DNA of 64,000 nucleotides from Felis catus (Eukaryota): contig NC_058383.1 of assembly GCF_018350175.1 (NCBI RefSeq), forward strand, positions 1,364,001 through 1,428,000, read 5' to 3'. Both the position numbers and the translations under genes were made by a program. The notes under the pieces are model-generated. The model was not told the origin of the DNA. It searched no databases and saw nothing but the letters and a program-made list of their open reading frames with translations. Positions within the stretch are counted from its first letter, which is position 1. Each line of letters starts with the position of its first letter. This document shows, piece by piece, positions 12,124 through 24,388 of this stretch.

Positions 12124-12873
12124 TTATAGGTGCTTTTAAATCTACTTTGCTGGAATGTTTCATAAAGGAACTCAGATTAGACTTTCAAAAGCATCTCCAG
12201 GCCAGGAAGCCAAGCCAGTTTTGTCTTGTTATAGGGAGAACAGATTATTTTTAAACTTATGCAAACACACATATTGTCATGAAAAATAAGAGTATTTAAT
12301 TAAAAAATAAAACAATTTAAAAAGAGAATAGTAAGAGTTTCTAATTTCTGGAGGAGTGGGGGGAGGGGGAAGAAAAATGTTTCAACCTTTGTTGCAAAGA
12401 TACACTTTACCAAACTGTTGTGAGTCATAGATAACTTCAGACAGAGGAGAAAAAGGATCCTTTACATCTGGAAAACAAGACATTAAAGAACCAGCAACGC
12501 TGTAAATGAAGTCGTCCAAATTACAGTCATCTCTATCAGTTTGTTCAGTGTTTTGTAATTAACAAAATTGTTTTGCTTCATCTTGAGTTAGCGGCTTTAC
12601 GACTCAGTCAGTTTTCCGTTAAAGTTTCAGAAATCCTCACTCAGTTCAGTGCTATGGTCTTGAGGTTTTCAGAGAACTTGCATTCTGGACTGCTTGTTAG
12701 GGTTGTTCCCATGAATGTCTTTGTAAAGGAAGCATTTTTGCAGGAACGTTTTTTGTGAAACCATCAGAATAAAACAGTAAGTGTCTGTAAATGGCAAAAG
12801 GCTTAAAAATGGCCATGGTTAAAGATGTAGTGAGAGTTCATTATAATGCCTTTGACAAGGAAATTTGGTTCTT

Positions 12874-13076
12874 ATTAAAAAAAAAATATGTTCATTTTTG
12901 AGAGAGACAAAGAGAGAGAGAGAAAGAGCAAGCAGGGGAGGGGCAGAGAGAGAGGGAGACCCAGAATCTGAAGCAGGTCAGCACAGAGCCTGATGTGGGG
13001 CTCGAACTCACGAACCCTGAGATCATGACCTGAGCTGAAGTTGGATACTCAACCGACTGAGCCACCCAGAAGCCCC
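12874..13076 (-). mobile_element. Can-SINE inside the ERV
   Basis: TSD GAAATTTGGTT at 12860-12870 and 13078-13088. Confidence 0.9.
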
Positions 13077-13812
13077 AGAAATTTGGTTATTTTATGTGAC
13101 ATACATTTTAAAACAATAACCTGAATTATGACATAACATTATAGCAGGACATGTCAGACTTTAAGAATTTCATAGAAATTCTGGAATGCTTATATTACTA
13201 ACATATATTTATACAGATACCAGCTAAAGACTTCATTTTTTATTTGACAATGCTTCCCATGGAATGTAACAAAACATAATTTGTTCAGCATCTCTTTTAT
13301 AAGGAGAGGGAACAAATCTTTTGAGATAGTCTAGGGATCCTTTTTAAAATCCCAAAGTTAGTTTGGGGTCAAAAGGACTTCATTTAGAATTTGATATGTG
13401 AGAAATTTGTCAAAAATAGCCAAAGGTTTAAAACACGTGATCAAACAGGATCAGAGTTCACTGTGAAAACAGTAAAGTACTTAGTTATTCATTCCTACCA
13501 AGTGACAATTAAAATTTCAGAGGCAGGTACAGAAAGTTACAGGGTTGCAAAAATGAAACTCAGTTCTTTTAATACAGAGGACTCAGTTATTTTCCTACCT
13601 AATCCGAGACTTGGTAAGGACAAAGCACATGAAATTATTTTCATAAAATACAGAATCTTTGCTTTGCAGGCAAAATACATTAAAAGTACAGAAACACCTT
13701 TGTTTACAATTTCTTGTTAGGGGCAGACTGACAATCTAAAAAAAAAAAATGTGATTTTAACAGCAAAAACCAAATTCTAATTTTGTACCATGTACTTTTG
13801 ATATTAAAATTC

Positions 13813-14147
13813 TTTTTTTTTAATTTTTTTAAACGTTTATTTATTTTTGAGACAGAGAGAGACAGAGCATGAACGGGGGAGGGGCAGAGAGAGAGGGAGA
13901 CACAGAATTGGAAGCAGGCTCCAGGCTCTGAGCCATCAGCCCAGAGCCCGACACGGGGCTCGAACTCATGGACCGCGAGATCGTGACCTGAGCTGAAGTC
14001 AGACGCTTAACCGACTGAGCCACCCAGGCGCCCCCCCCCTTTTTTTTTTTTTATTTTAAGTAGGCTCCACGCTCAACACAGGGCTTGAACTCACAACCCT
14101 GAGATCAAGAGTGGCATGCTCCATTGATTGAGCCAGCCAGGCTCTCC
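13813..14147 (-). mobile_element. Two adjacent/nested Can-SINEs (Felis-type 13813-14039; shorter older copy 14040-14147) inside the ERV
   Basis: Two heads and two poly(T) tracts; TAAAAT(T/C)CTTTTT flanks the pair. Confidence 0.88.
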
Positions 14148-14760
14148 TAAAATCCTTTTTTTTTTTTTAAGTTAAATAAATCCATTCCAATCTTAGCTTG
14201 ACTTCACATTAAATTCCTTTTTCAAGATCTCTTTCCACAAACCTGCAACATTCTTTAACCATTTAGATCTTGTCCTATCTTTTCCCCTTCTTATTCTGGA
14301 AAAATCATTTTAATTCAAGACAAAATTACTTCCTTTCTCCCTTACCCCCCCCCCCCAAAAAAAAAACCAAAACCAAAAAAAAAAAAAATAACAACAAAAA
14401 CCCATCTCCTTCATACCTTATTCAAAAACAAGAGAGAGAAAATGGAATGCATTCTTTGATTGGCAAACAGAAGCTGCTAAAGGACAAAATGACTCCAAAA
14501 CACAGCTCCAAAAGGGTCCTTACAGGATGCAAATAGAGAGTCTTGCACACAAACACTGGCCATCTGAGCAGGCATGCACAATAAAGTTGGGCAGCTTAGA
14601 ACCTAAGAGAGAGAGCTCAGATTCGAGAGACTCACCTTCACTCTTCAGGGTCGACAAGAAAGTGGTGAGCTCAGTGGGCTCTGTGGGTGCCAGGGTCTGT
14701 TTGCTCAGCAGCCTCGGGGTCTGTGTGTGGGGTGGGGGTGGGGGGCTGTCTTCTGTTTGA

Positions 14761-14778
14761 ATCCCACTTCTGACACCA
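14761..14778 (-). other. Retroviral primer binding site complementary to tRNA-Leu(CAA) 3' end
   Basis: Minus strand TGGTGTCAGAAGTGGGAT directly after the LTR-terminal CA. Confidence 0.85.
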
Positions 14779-15245
14779 TGAAACGTCAAAAGTCCCTATG
14801 TAACAGAAGTAAATAAAACCAACGAATGGCCAAAGCCGTCATGATTGAGTTTGTTGTGTATACACCAAAAAGACAGTTGGAAAAGCCGGGAACACTCAAA
14901 CCAAAACACGGAATGGGGCTCAGGGGGGTGTCCTTAAAGAGCAGCTTCTATGGTGAGAAAGCACAGTGTTCATTCTCCACAGGGATTGGTTTTCATATCA
15001 GAATTTTCCTAAGCGATGGAATTGGCTAGTGGCCCTTCCACATCAACCTCGGAAAAGAGAGTAAGCTTTGCTCCTGATTTTCAGAGGCACAGCAAGAAAT
15101 GACTTGGGTCAACTTAGCCTTGCAAAATCCGCTACCTTCAGCTTCGTTGGTATGACCAAACTGGTGGTGTCTGTTCAGGGAGTTTGCAAGGTTGGTCTCT
15201 GTTTGTTTTGGATTTTGACAGTGGGGTCCTCTCTCCAGCTCTGTC
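14779..15245 (-). mobile_element. 5' LTR of the ERV (outer boundary uncertain, 15220-15246)
   Basis: Direct repeat of 10087-10799 minus the SINE; minus-strand end ...TTTCA is followed immediately by the PBS. Confidence 0.85.
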
Positions 15246-15639
15246 CTCCACCTGGGACAGGACCAGGCTGCTCGCTCCTGGAGGAGCCGGGCCCTGATCT
15301 GAGGCCAGAACATCCTTCCGTGCCTGCCTTTGCTGGGCCTGTGTTTCCCCACTGAAACCATGAGCTGGGGCTTCAGCTGGGCACCGTTCCCCAGGCTCCT
15401 GAGTTTCTGAGACTTTCACAGAGGATGTAGGTCAAAGCCATTTATCACCATTTCACCTTGCTGTCTTTCCTATAATGGAGAAGAATCCTCCTTATCCAAA
15501 GAGAAATTCCTGGGGATGTCTAAGGCCCGGGGTGGAGGCAATGCCAGGTGCCCTTCCCTCATTTGCAGGGCCTGCTTGCCCTCGGACAGGGTGGTGGGCA
15601 CTGTGATGCATTCACTCATCTCCTGTGATAGACACCGCG

Positions 15640-16900
15640 ACCCTGAGGCTGGCCCTAGCGTCGAGCGCCCCGTCCTCGGAGAGCGAGCGTACTCCAGCTC
15701 GACTCCCTTTGTCTCCCGAGGGCTCTCATGGGGCTGAGGGCCCGCGCGCCCGGCCACCTGGGAAGTAGGTGCTCAGAGAGAAGGGCAACGAGGCCAGGGA
15801 GCGCCGTTGTGGGCAACAGGGGTGCTCCCGGGCAGGCTTCCTCAGCCGGAGGACTGTCACTACGCGGGGCGCACGACACCTGCGGGCACAGGTGCAGGCG
15901 CGGGGGCGGCGAGCCGGCGGCTCCCGCAGCCGCAACACTGCGGGATCCGGAACAGCGACTCGGGTGGCGCGCGGGCAGCGGTGGACGAGGGGCGGGGCCT
16001 AGGGGCGGGGTCTAATCATGGGCGGGGCCGAGGGTCGGGCCGGGCGGCGGCGGCGCGCGGTGGGCGGGGCCGCGGACGGGCGGGCCGGGCGGCGGCGCGC
16101 GGTGGGCGGGGCGGCGTGACGCGCGCCGACGCCGATCCCGGAAGCGGTGTCAGATGCTGGGGAGCCGGGCGGGCGGGCTGGCGGCGGGCGGCGGGGGGGA
16201 CTTGTTGTTCTTCGCGAAGTCGGAGCCCCAGCGCGCGGCCGAGGCGGCGGCCGAGAGGAAGCGCGAGAGTGAGCGCGAGCGCGAGGAGAGCGCGTGCCCG
16301 CGAGGAGCCGCCGCGCGCCCGCGCCCCCCCGCGCGACGCCAGGTGAGGAGCGGCCGCGTCGGGCCGGTCCGGGGCCGGGGGCCGGGGCGGGGGCGGGTCG
16401 GGGCCGCGCGCCGCTGAGTCACCGGCGCCTCGGACCCGCGGCGAAGTTGGGCGGGACCCCGAGACCCCGGCCCGCGCACCTGCCGTCAGGTGCCCAACCG
16501 CGAGCGCGCCGCGCGGGCCGGGGCTTTTCTTTCTCGGGCCCGGGAGCGCGCCCCCGCCCCCCGCCCGCCCCTTGTCCGAGCCGGAGGCGGTGCCCCCCGC
16601 CTCCACCCCGGGCGGGCGGCCTAGGGAGCCCGGACGTTCCTGCGGGCCCGGCGCCCCTGCCCTGCCCTGCCCTCCCCACCTGCTTCGCCTTTAGCCCGCG
16701 GAGGTCCGCTGCGAGGCGGGAAGGCGGGGGCGAAAATACACGGCCACGTGCAGGGGAGCGCGTGGTCGCGCAGGGCCCACCCGGCCGCGTCCACCTGGGT
16801 GCTTCCGCCGGCTCGGCCGGTGCTGCCCTGCCCGGCGGTGGCTTCCACCCGCGCTCCGGGGGAGGGGGCGGGAGGGCAAGGAGAAGGGGACTCATGACCG
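15640..16900. promoter_or_regulatory. CpG island / MAFK distal promoter
   Basis: Very high GC and CpG density, multiple GGGCGG (Sp/KLF) boxes including a locally duplicated ~32 bp GC-box unit (about 16037-16070 and 16082-16112), CCGGAAG ETS motif near 16138. Confidence 0.85.
16150..16342 (+). other. MAFK: Probable non-coding first exon of MAFK (start approximate)
   Basis: Lies in a CpG island and ends at a consensus donor CAG|GTGAGG (exon end 16342). MAFK orthologues have a non-coding first exon. TSS not determinable from sequence. Confidence 0.65.
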
Positions 16901-19900
16901 ATGTCACGTTCTGAGCAGCTGACCTGCCAGGGGTGCCCCGGAGGGAGGCCCTGATGTGGAAGCTTTGGGTGGGGAGGGGGACAGGGCGAACGTGTCCCTT
17001 CTCCCGAGCCCCGTGGTTCTCAGTTTTCTCATCGGTGAGTGGGGGGCTCCACCTCCTCTAAGTCGGACCGCGGCTTCCTCTGTGATCCTGCCGCGTTCGG
17101 GACACAGTGTGCCAGGGTGCCGGCTTCCGCACACCTTTCCGGGAGCCTGGGGAGGGTACAGGAAACGTGTCTCTCTCCACCTAGGTCTCCCTTAGGTAAA
17201 AGAAACCGCTCTGCCTGCTGTCTCTGATCGTACTGCTCCTCGCCACGTGTTGTGGCGTCTTTTGACAAAGACTCCACATTGGTGGAGTTGGTGTTTGGGG
17301 CCGCTGGAAGTTCCTGCTCTCCGAGCTGTGTTAATGATTATGCTGCTGTTTACCTGTCGCGCCGCTCTCGTGGCGGGGGCAGAAGTGCTCCCCTGCCAAA
17401 TGAATTGTCAGTGTGGAAGATCCGGCCACCTTCCCTCACCAGGTGCCGGCCGGGAAGCTCCCTGGTCTCGAACACCCACGCCCCACACAGCAGATAGAGT
17501 CAGTGGGTTCCCGCAAGCGTGGCTTGGGTGTCCCTTCTCCCTGCCCCTTCTCCCTTATTGGCCTCGGTGAGGATTTGCCCTTACAGCCCTCACTGCACAG
17601 GTATCTTGATAAAGCGCAGCCGTGTGCCCGGCCGTCTCAGATCTGCCGCCTTCTGGGGCTGGGCTCTTTAAAGAGCGTCCGTCTAAGCAGGTGGGAGGGG
17701 TCCGGAAGCTGACGGTGGGCTGTGCAGGTAGGTGAGACTCGCTTGCCAGCCTCTCTCGCTTTGCTTTGCGCTTTGCGGGTAGCTGACACCTCTGGAGGAC
17801 TTCCCTCCCCAGGGCAAACCAGTGGGAATGCTTGAGTTTGAGCTCCTTAGAGGGGGTCTGCTTTGAGAACTTAACGAGGGGATCTCTCCTGGTTCCAAAA
17901 TGAAGTTTACTAACTCGAAAACACAAAGCAAGTCTTCTCTCCGGAGCGCACTTGCCTTCCGCGCTTGAACGGAGCTGGACTTTAAGGGACGCGTTCCAAG
18001 TTCAGCCTCACTCACTTTCAAGGTGGTTGCTAAAAATGGGAGTTGAATCGGGGCTCCTCGGGGAAGTTGGTTCCGGGGCTCGCTGCGTTCCAGCCCCATC
18101 TCCAGCGCCCGGGCTGTGCTGAGCGAGGCCGCTTTCCGGACGTTCTCCGCGCCCCTGTCCACCGCGCTGTCCCTCTCGGGGCTCCGGTAGCTGAGAGTCT
18201 GTTTACCATCTCGGGCGGCGGACAAGTCCTGCCCGCGTCCTGGCTGTTCCCGAGTCTAAAGGTTTCTGGAGTGGACTTTCTGGCTTAGGGTCCAGTCCAC
18301 ACGGGAAATGGAACCCGGGCAGCTGTGAGCGTTCTCTGTGTGGCTGTTCCTCGGAGCAGTAAACAGTGACTCACCCTCCCCTCTGCTCCCCGCCTCCCTG
18401 CTCCCTGCTCATGGAAGATGCGCTGCTCCCGTGTTTACTTTTGCTTTTTGTCAGTCATGTTTCCTCTTTCTTGCAGTTTCAGGAAATTGAAAGTGTTGTC
18501 TTCAAATCATAGAACTTCAGAACGGGTAGAAATGAACGTAGGGATCGTGTCATACACGTACCCCCCACCCCCACCCCATTTTACCCAAGGACACCAAGCC
18601 CGAGGCCTCGGTACCTGGCCTGCGGCCGCGGAGTCTGACATCCGGGGTCTGGGGTGGCACCCTGCCTGCTTTTCTGCGCTGCCTGTCGGCTGCCCTGGAT
18701 GAGGGGAGGCTGGAAAGGTATTGAGGTGGGGCGCCCAGACCCCGCTGCCCTCGGGTGCCGTGCTGACGCACGTCCCCAGGCAGCGTGCCTTTCACTCGCC
18801 AGGGGGTGCGGGGAGCAGGTGTAGGTGAGAATGTCCCCCGCCCTCCATCCAGCAAGGGAGGCGAGCCTTGGACGGAAAGATCAGGACCAAGTTTTGGGCA
18901 CGGCCCTCGATGGAGGCTCAGGAGAGGGTGTCCGCCTACCACGGGGAGAGCAGGAGGGGGCTTTGGTGAAGCAAGGGCTGGGGAAGGAGGGTGGGAGCCC
19001 AGCACAGACAGAGGGGGAGGCTTGGAACGCAACAGGTGGTCCAGGCAGTGAGGGGCTCAGGAGGGACTTCAAGCAGGGGGTTTTTCTACCACCTTGAGGT
19101 GCTGCGTTTGAGGGACCGAGGTCCAGACGGAAGAAGCTGGGGCCTGAGCCAGGGAGTCCTGGAGGGCCAAGTCCAGCAGGCCCGGCTCAGCAGGTGGCCA
19201 CGGAAGGAGGGACAAGGTCTTGGGGGCGACTGCTGCGTGAACGGCGTGATGGGTCATCACCTGAGCTGGAGACACAGGAGGAGGGCGGGTGTGAGGACAG
19301 GACACGTTTCTGGGGTCTGTCAGACTCGCAAGCTGTCTCAGCCTGGCTGCACGTGGAGGTGGGGGGCTGGTGGGACCCCTGGGCAGCTGTGGAGCGAACA
19401 GAACCCCAAAGGGGAGCTTAGAGACAGAAGGACCACCCAGAGGGGGGCCAGAGGAGTGGGGGGCCAGGGCGTGGCCGGGGAGGTGAGCCGCTCGGCCCGC
19501 TGTCAGCCTGGCAGCCGCCTGAGTCACCTCTGGACAGAGCCAGGATGACACAGCTTCCTCGAACCGCAAACACAAGGTGACCAGACGTCCTCCGAGCCAG
19601 GCAGACAGTCGTGTCTTGCCGGAGGGCGGCCGGCCAGGGCCGGCCTGCAGGCTGGGTGTGGGCCGGGCTGGTGGGGGGCCCGGCAAGGAGCGGCAGGACG
19701 CACCCCCACGTCGAGGGAGCCGGATGGGACACGGACACCCAGTGTCTGGGGTGGGCGGGGCGTGGGAGCCCTCCCGGTCCTCCTGGGGCCCGTCTTCGGT
19801 CGGGTGAGGCGTCAGCGTATGGGGCGCGCTGGCCGTGCTGACCTTTGCTCGCGGGGCAGGTGTGTCCTGTGGCGCTGGCAGGAGGGGCGCTCGGCACCCC

Positions 19901-22900
19901 CGGGACAGAGGCGGTCACATCAGCGTGGCTTGTGCCTTTGGGGTTTGCACCCATCGGGGGAGCGCAGACGTGCTCCAGGACAGAGCCCCTTCCTCCCTGC
20001 CTGTTTGCCCCCTGCCCCCTCCCTCTCCCTGGACCTGCCGCCCTGGGAGAGCCGGTGTGGAACAGTCATCTGGGAGGGCCGGGTGCAGCCGGCCGGGGAG
20101 CGGTGGGCGCCCTCACTCCACACCGAGCGGGAACAGGTGTTTTCTGAGACCCCCCCCTGCTAGGTGCCGGAGCTGTGGCTTCCTGTGCACGAAGCTCCCC
20201 GTCTAGGCTGGTCTAACCGACCTAAGAGCCCCGTGAGACTCTAAACCCCCTTTTCTGCCACACCATCTAGACCCAGGGCCGTTTGGCTGCGGCCATTGCT
20301 GCCGTCAGCCACCTGGCTTTACCGGTGGAGAAAGCGTCCCCCCGGGCCCCGAGCCTGGGTCCAGCCCCGCGAAGCGGGGCACAGCGCAGCGGGGATGACC
20401 CAGGGCCGTGAGTCGCCCCAGATGAGCTGCGTCAGACGACGGGCGAGCGGTACACGTTTGCTGGGGGGGTAGAGGGGGTGAGATCCTGGCCTCTGGAAGG
20501 GTGGTCCCGTTGTTCGTGGGCCTCGGGAGGGAGGGCCGGCACCGGCTCCCTCACTTACTCTCAACCGTGCCGTCCCCAGAGCCGGGCCCCGTCCGGGCTG
20601 CTGGCACGTGTCTTTTAGAGCGGTCTCTGCCTTAACCTCGTGTAGGGGCGCGTCAGAGCGAATTTCTGCCGTTGGGTTGAAAACCGACCTCTTTAGTTGG
20701 GGAAGTGGTCGCCTGAAAGGTGTTCCAAGTTAGAAGTGCTGACTGCGCAGACTTTTTGACCAGAAGCTTCTGGAGGGCTGTGAGAGACTGTCGGTGCTCT
20801 CACTGGGTGGATGGACGGGCAGGCGGGCACGGAGGAGGCCCACCCCCCCACCGGCTCCGGCCACTGAGCCGCTCCCGCGACTTGACCGGAGTTCAGAAGA
20901 GCCGGCGGAGAGCGCGGGCTGCGTGCACGGCCCGGCTGGCGTTGCCTTGACCGATGGTTGTGGGGCCCGATCCCCGGAGCGACCCCTCGTGAAGCTGCCG
21001 GGGGCAGGGTGGGTGATTTCTTACACGGCGACGGGGCGTCCGGCCTGCGGCGGGAGGGGAGGGAGGCCGAGTGGCTGGTGCACCTGCCTCTCGGGCTGTG
21101 GCCTCTCACCCCGGCTGGGTTCCCCCCGAGTCTCAGAACACAGTTCTTCCTGTGTGCACTCTGGTGGCCGTGGAGGTGGCCTGAGGTGCAGCGGTTTATA
21201 AATACACGTCTTAAGGCAGTTGTTTTAAAATCCTTTGTTTTACACACCGTCCCAAGCGCCAAACTTCTCTCTGAGCCTGTTTCCAGAAGCTGCCGGGTTT
21301 TTGCCTTTCGTGCAGGAAGCGACCTCGGGTCACTACTGCGTGTACCTCGTGTGGCTTGGGTAGAGGTGAGCCCTCGTGCTCTTACTGTCCGGGTACTGAG
21401 ATCTCGCAGGTAGGGCAGCCGGGCCAACCCTGCGCTCCCGGAGCCCGGCCCCTGAACCTGCAGCCCAGGTCTGCGCACCGCCTCTCGAGGCGGGAGGACA
21501 CTCCTGTTTTCCGTCAGCCGGCCGAGACTTCCTGTGGGGCGGGTGCCTGAACAGGGGGCGGGAGCCAAGACCTGGTCCGCCCGAGGCCGTGGGGGTCGTG
21601 TCTTCGAGCGCGGGGCCGTGGGGCAGTGTCTGCTCCTGCCTGGGGCTTGCTCACCTGGCCCAGGGTCTCTGGCTTCTGGAGGGTGCCGGTCCAGGCCCCC
21701 GGAGCCCTGGGGGTTGAGAGGGAAGCCCCCCCCCCCCCCCCAGTCAGGGCGTCTCCTTGAGTCACCTGCTCGGCTCCGCCGAGGCCTTGGCGAGGTGGAC
21801 AGAACCTGGGGCCCCTGGTTCTGATGCTCTCATTTCCAGAGGAAGAGCGTAAGGCCGACAGAGAGAAGAGCTTTGCTGGCTTTTTCTCCAGGTTCGTGTC
21901 TCCGTTTACTCCTGTTCTCTCAGGCCTCACGTTGTTCTTGTTGGACAGAAGGTCTGAGAACTGCAGGAAGTCCCCGGAGGTCAGACCCCCTCGTGGCGCC
22001 CTCCCGCAGAGAGGCATCCCTCCTCGCTTGGAGCCCAGGCGGGCCCGGGGGTCCCGCTTCTCCCGTCTCTGCCCGGGCTCTTGTCTGTGTCCTGCCCGCA
22101 GAAGGCCAGGCAGCTGGGCAAGGTGGGTTCAGAGCTGGTGGACTTAGGGCTTTCCCCAGGTGACCTTGACCTTGCAGACCTGCCAGCCGACCCTCGTAGG
22201 TCTGTGTGGAGGGGAGGACGCGGAGCCCAGTCCTGTGTAGCTCCTGCTTACCTGGGCCTCCCCGCCCCGTGCTGTCACAGAGGGCAGGTCCCCAGAGGGG
22301 GCGGGGCGTCCCTGCCCTGAACGCAGCGCTGTGGCCCGGGGTCCTGGCTGAGCTGGCCCATCATGGGCCGGGTGGGGGGGATGGTGAGGCACAGAAACCC
22401 CTGTCTGGTAGGGGTCTGAGCGGAGGTCCCTCCTCCGCTGGGGCCGGGCGGGCTGGGCGGTCCGTGCAGGGTGGGAGGGCCTTGGGTCTGTGGGAATGTG
22501 AGCTCCTCGCTCTGTAAACAGGCGTGACTCACCACACAGCTATGCCCTGGCGGCCCAGGCCCTTGTGCGCTGACGTGTGCTGGAATGACACCCGGCCACC
22601 CCTCCTGCTCCCGTGGAAAAGTTTCTCATGGCTCTCCCCGCCGCCTGGCTCCTGCTGGCCCTCCAGGTGGCTTCTCTAGCATGGCTTTGACCCCGGGACC
22701 TGGAGGGAGGGGCACTCAGCGGGCCCGCCCTGCCCCTGCAGATGCTGGGGGTCAGGCCGCTGTCAGGAAGCAGCTCCTGTCTTCCCGCTGGGGTCACCCC
22801 ACGCTGTAGTGCGTCTGCCTCCCGCGCGTGCGTGGGTGGCGCGGAGGAGCCAGAAGCCTCCTGAGGGTGCCCCTGGCCCCGGCCCTGCTGCTGTCCCGCT

Positions 22901-24352
22901 CTCCATCATCCGTCGTCAGTGCCTGGGACAGTGGCCGTGTTGCCAGAGGCAACAGTGAACCAGGGGGTTCGGTGGCCCGGGTGCTGAGACCCGGGAGGCA
23001 GGTGGGCTGTTGGGGGCGGGTGGCGTCTAGGCTGTGCCGTAGCAAGGGTCCTGGGGCTGTGAGCGAAGGAGGGGTGGAGACCGTCCACCCGAGCCCCACT
23101 CACCCCCAGGGTGAAGGCTTTGGTGCGGCTCCGTCTCTGGGGCCCGGGTCCCCCCCTTTCCCCCGTGCGTTTTCTGATGTTCTCTCTGCTCAGTTCACCT
23201 TGCCTGGCGTTTGGAACGTGGACCCCGGTTCCTAAGCCAGCTACAGAATGTGCCAGCACGTCTAGAGCCCGGGCCCTCCCGCCCCCCACCCCAGCCGCCG
23301 GGGCACACTGGTTTGTTTACTGTCCCACAACCTGTGATGTCTGCACCGGCCTGCCCAAAGCCATTGTTGCTGTGGGCTTCTCTGTTTCCATGACGACCAT
23401 CAGGGGCTGGCTACTTCCCAAGGTCGCCATGGCAACTATCAGAGGGGAATCATGCTTGGGATGCTTTGGCTGGCTTTTTCATGAATGATTAGAATGTGTG
23501 ACACAATGCAGACGCCAAAACCAGAAGGGCGGGCAGCGGCGGGGAGGGGGGGTGCTGGCGGGCGGCGGGGACGGCTCCCGCCAGACAGCCGGTGAGCTCG
23601 CGCAGTGGCGGCCCCTACCTCCCGGATCCTGCGGGCCTCAGGTCAGGGCTGTGGGGCAGCCTAGGCGGGGGTGGTGATGTCACAGCTGCAGTGCCCTTTG
23701 CGGAGGTAGGTCTGCTAGGGAGGGTGGGGCTGCACCCGTCCCTGGGGGTGTGCTGGGCAAACGCAGGGGCTCCCCAAAGGGGCCCTTCCTCTCTGGAGCC
23801 GGGCGAGGTCAGGAGTCACGGGGGCTCTTGCCCGGGCAGGGTGCCATCCTGGGGGCCAGCGGTGCTCCTCGTGTGCCGGTGAGGCCGTTCTCGGGAGGGG
23901 GCTCTGGGTCCGTGCGCTCTGGCCCTTCAACGTGGCGTCCCGTGCCTCGAGGGTGCGAGCGGCTCAGCTCAGAGGGGGAGTCGGACGGGAGGCAGTGGCC
24001 GCCCGGGCCTGGTGCCCCCCAGGCGGGTGGCTGCCAGCGTGGGGGCCGGGGTGGGTCTGGGTTGCTTCGTGGGCTGACGCTGGACTGGGCAGCGTGGCCG
24101 GGATGCCCACCCTGCGGGGAGCCCCCTCAGTCCCGGCTGCCTCCTGTCTTGTTTCCGGGGGGACGTGGACCGAGGAGCCGAGCCTCCTTGGAGCGTCTCT
24201 GTGGTGGGGACGTCCCCGCTTCAGGTCACGTGCGACGGCAGCCGGCCCCGTCCCCAGCCTGGCCAGAACCTCACCTCACTCATTTCTGTTTCTTGTCTGA
24301 TTTTCTAGATCCAGTTTCCAAGCCCTTCTGTTTGGGTGACTGTGCCCAGGTT

Positions 24353-24388
24353 ATGACGACTAATCCCAAACCAAACAAGGCATTAAAG
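24353..24388 (+). CDS. MAFK: MAFK coding exon 1 (MTTNPKPNKALK); full CDS join(24353..24388,25715..26149), 156 aa
   Basis: Acceptor ttttctag|A with exon start 24309, ATG at 24353, donor AAG|gtaagt at 24388/24389. Peptide is the characteristic MafK N-terminus. Confidence 0.96.

Larger units (their letters stand above)
10087..15245 (-). mobile_element. Degenerate endogenous retrovirus (LTR-internal-LTR), probably a non-autonomous MER4/MER21/MER34-group-like element
   Basis: Two ~460 bp direct repeats (10087-~10799 interrupted by a SINE; 14779-~15245), tRNA-Leu primer binding site abutting the right repeat, AT-rich interior with no intact gag/pol, env-tail-like remnant near 10930-11030. Family guess from recalled consensus sequences. 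Confidence 0.85.

Noticed and set aside
14755..14778. tRNA-Leu gene
   Set aside because: Only the 3' 24 nt including encoded CCA, adjacent to an LTR, so it is a primer binding site. SINE heads elsewhere are likewise tRNA-derived but not tRNA genes.
10080..15255. Target site duplication and clean polypurine tract for the ERV
   Set aside because: No convincing 4-6 bp match between flanks and the outer LTR boundary is ambiguous, so not claimed.
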